A stretch of DNA of 40,874 nucleotides from Salisapilia sapeloensis CBS 127946 (lineage: Eukaryota > Protista > Oomycota). Below the pieces are notes generated by a model. The model was not told the origin of the DNA. It made no database searches and saw nothing but the letters and a program-made list of their open reading frames with translations. The stretch spans positions 1-40,874 of the forward strand of contig JAADVB010000172.1 of the NCBI GenBank assembly GCA_023334545.1. Reading direction: 5' to 3'. Positions 40,652-40,874 of the stretch are shown in pieces; the stretch's first letter is position 1, and each line of letters starts with the position of its first letter. A program made the position numbers and the translations under genes.

Positions 40652-40874
40652 TTAAAAATCCATTTGTTTAAAGCGGAAGATGGCATGACGATCATCTTTC
40701 GAGGCTTGGATTGCTGCCATCTCCGTCTGATGAAGAAACGTACGCCCACCTGCGGCAAACAAACCAATAGGGCCAAGTGCTCGTGGGATACTACGCCCAA
40801 TGGCAGTGAACAAGGTGATATAGTCCGGCTCAGCCAATGTGACGTTGTAGTAACTTAGAATGTCTGCTGGAGAC
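40652..40874 (-). CDS. Probable 3' end of a gene continuing beyond the window
   Basis: Frame is open from the window edge (PADILSYYNVTLAEPDYITLFTAIGRSIPRALGPIGLFAAGG...KQMDF*) and converges on the transporter gene; family not recognised. Confidence 0.45.
   Translation of the reverse strand, partial: SPADILSYYNVTLAEPDYITLFTAIGRSIPRALGPIGLFAAGGRTFLHQTEMAAIQASKDDRHAIFRFKQMDF

Noticed and set aside
1-40874. CRISPR arrays, rRNA, transposase/RT/integrase genes, selenoprotein or frameshift signals
   Set aside because: None seen. Repeats are coding or microsatellite, and all frame breaks in real genes are explained by canonical GT-AG introns.

Overview
Eukaryotic, intron-containing nuclear DNA, most likely from an oomycete (stramenopile). 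Support: short GT-AG introns, a perfect oomycete Inr+FPR core-promoter match, a Val-type bZIP and an oomycete-style Cys-rich module; species cannot be assigned from sequence. The window holds about 15 complete protein genes: secreted LRR protein, KIX-like+HRDC protein, 717-aa LRR-like hypothetical, Nta1-type N-terminal amidase, secreted His-brace LPMO-like protein, SENP8/DEN1, spliced RPN13/ADRM1, ZnT5/Msc2-like CDF transporter, 709-aa orphan, PAF-acetylhydrolase, NPC1, spliced bZIP, spliced CDC48/AFG2-type AAA+ ATPase, spliced GH1 with linker, Cys module and TM helix, and a FUSC/ALMT-like transporter with EF-hands. There is also a probable partial CDS at the right edge and four tRNA genes (Pro-UGG x2, Cys-GCA, Arg-CCG). 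I found no CRISPR array, rRNA or recognisable transposon, and no clear multi-gene novel system. The best leads are unusual single-gene architectures: the compact LPMO-like protein, the KIX-HRDC fusion, an Rpn13 with a UIM, the membrane-anchored multi-module GH1 and the EF-hand FUSC/ALMT-like protein. All domain calls come from motif recognition by eye, not database searches.
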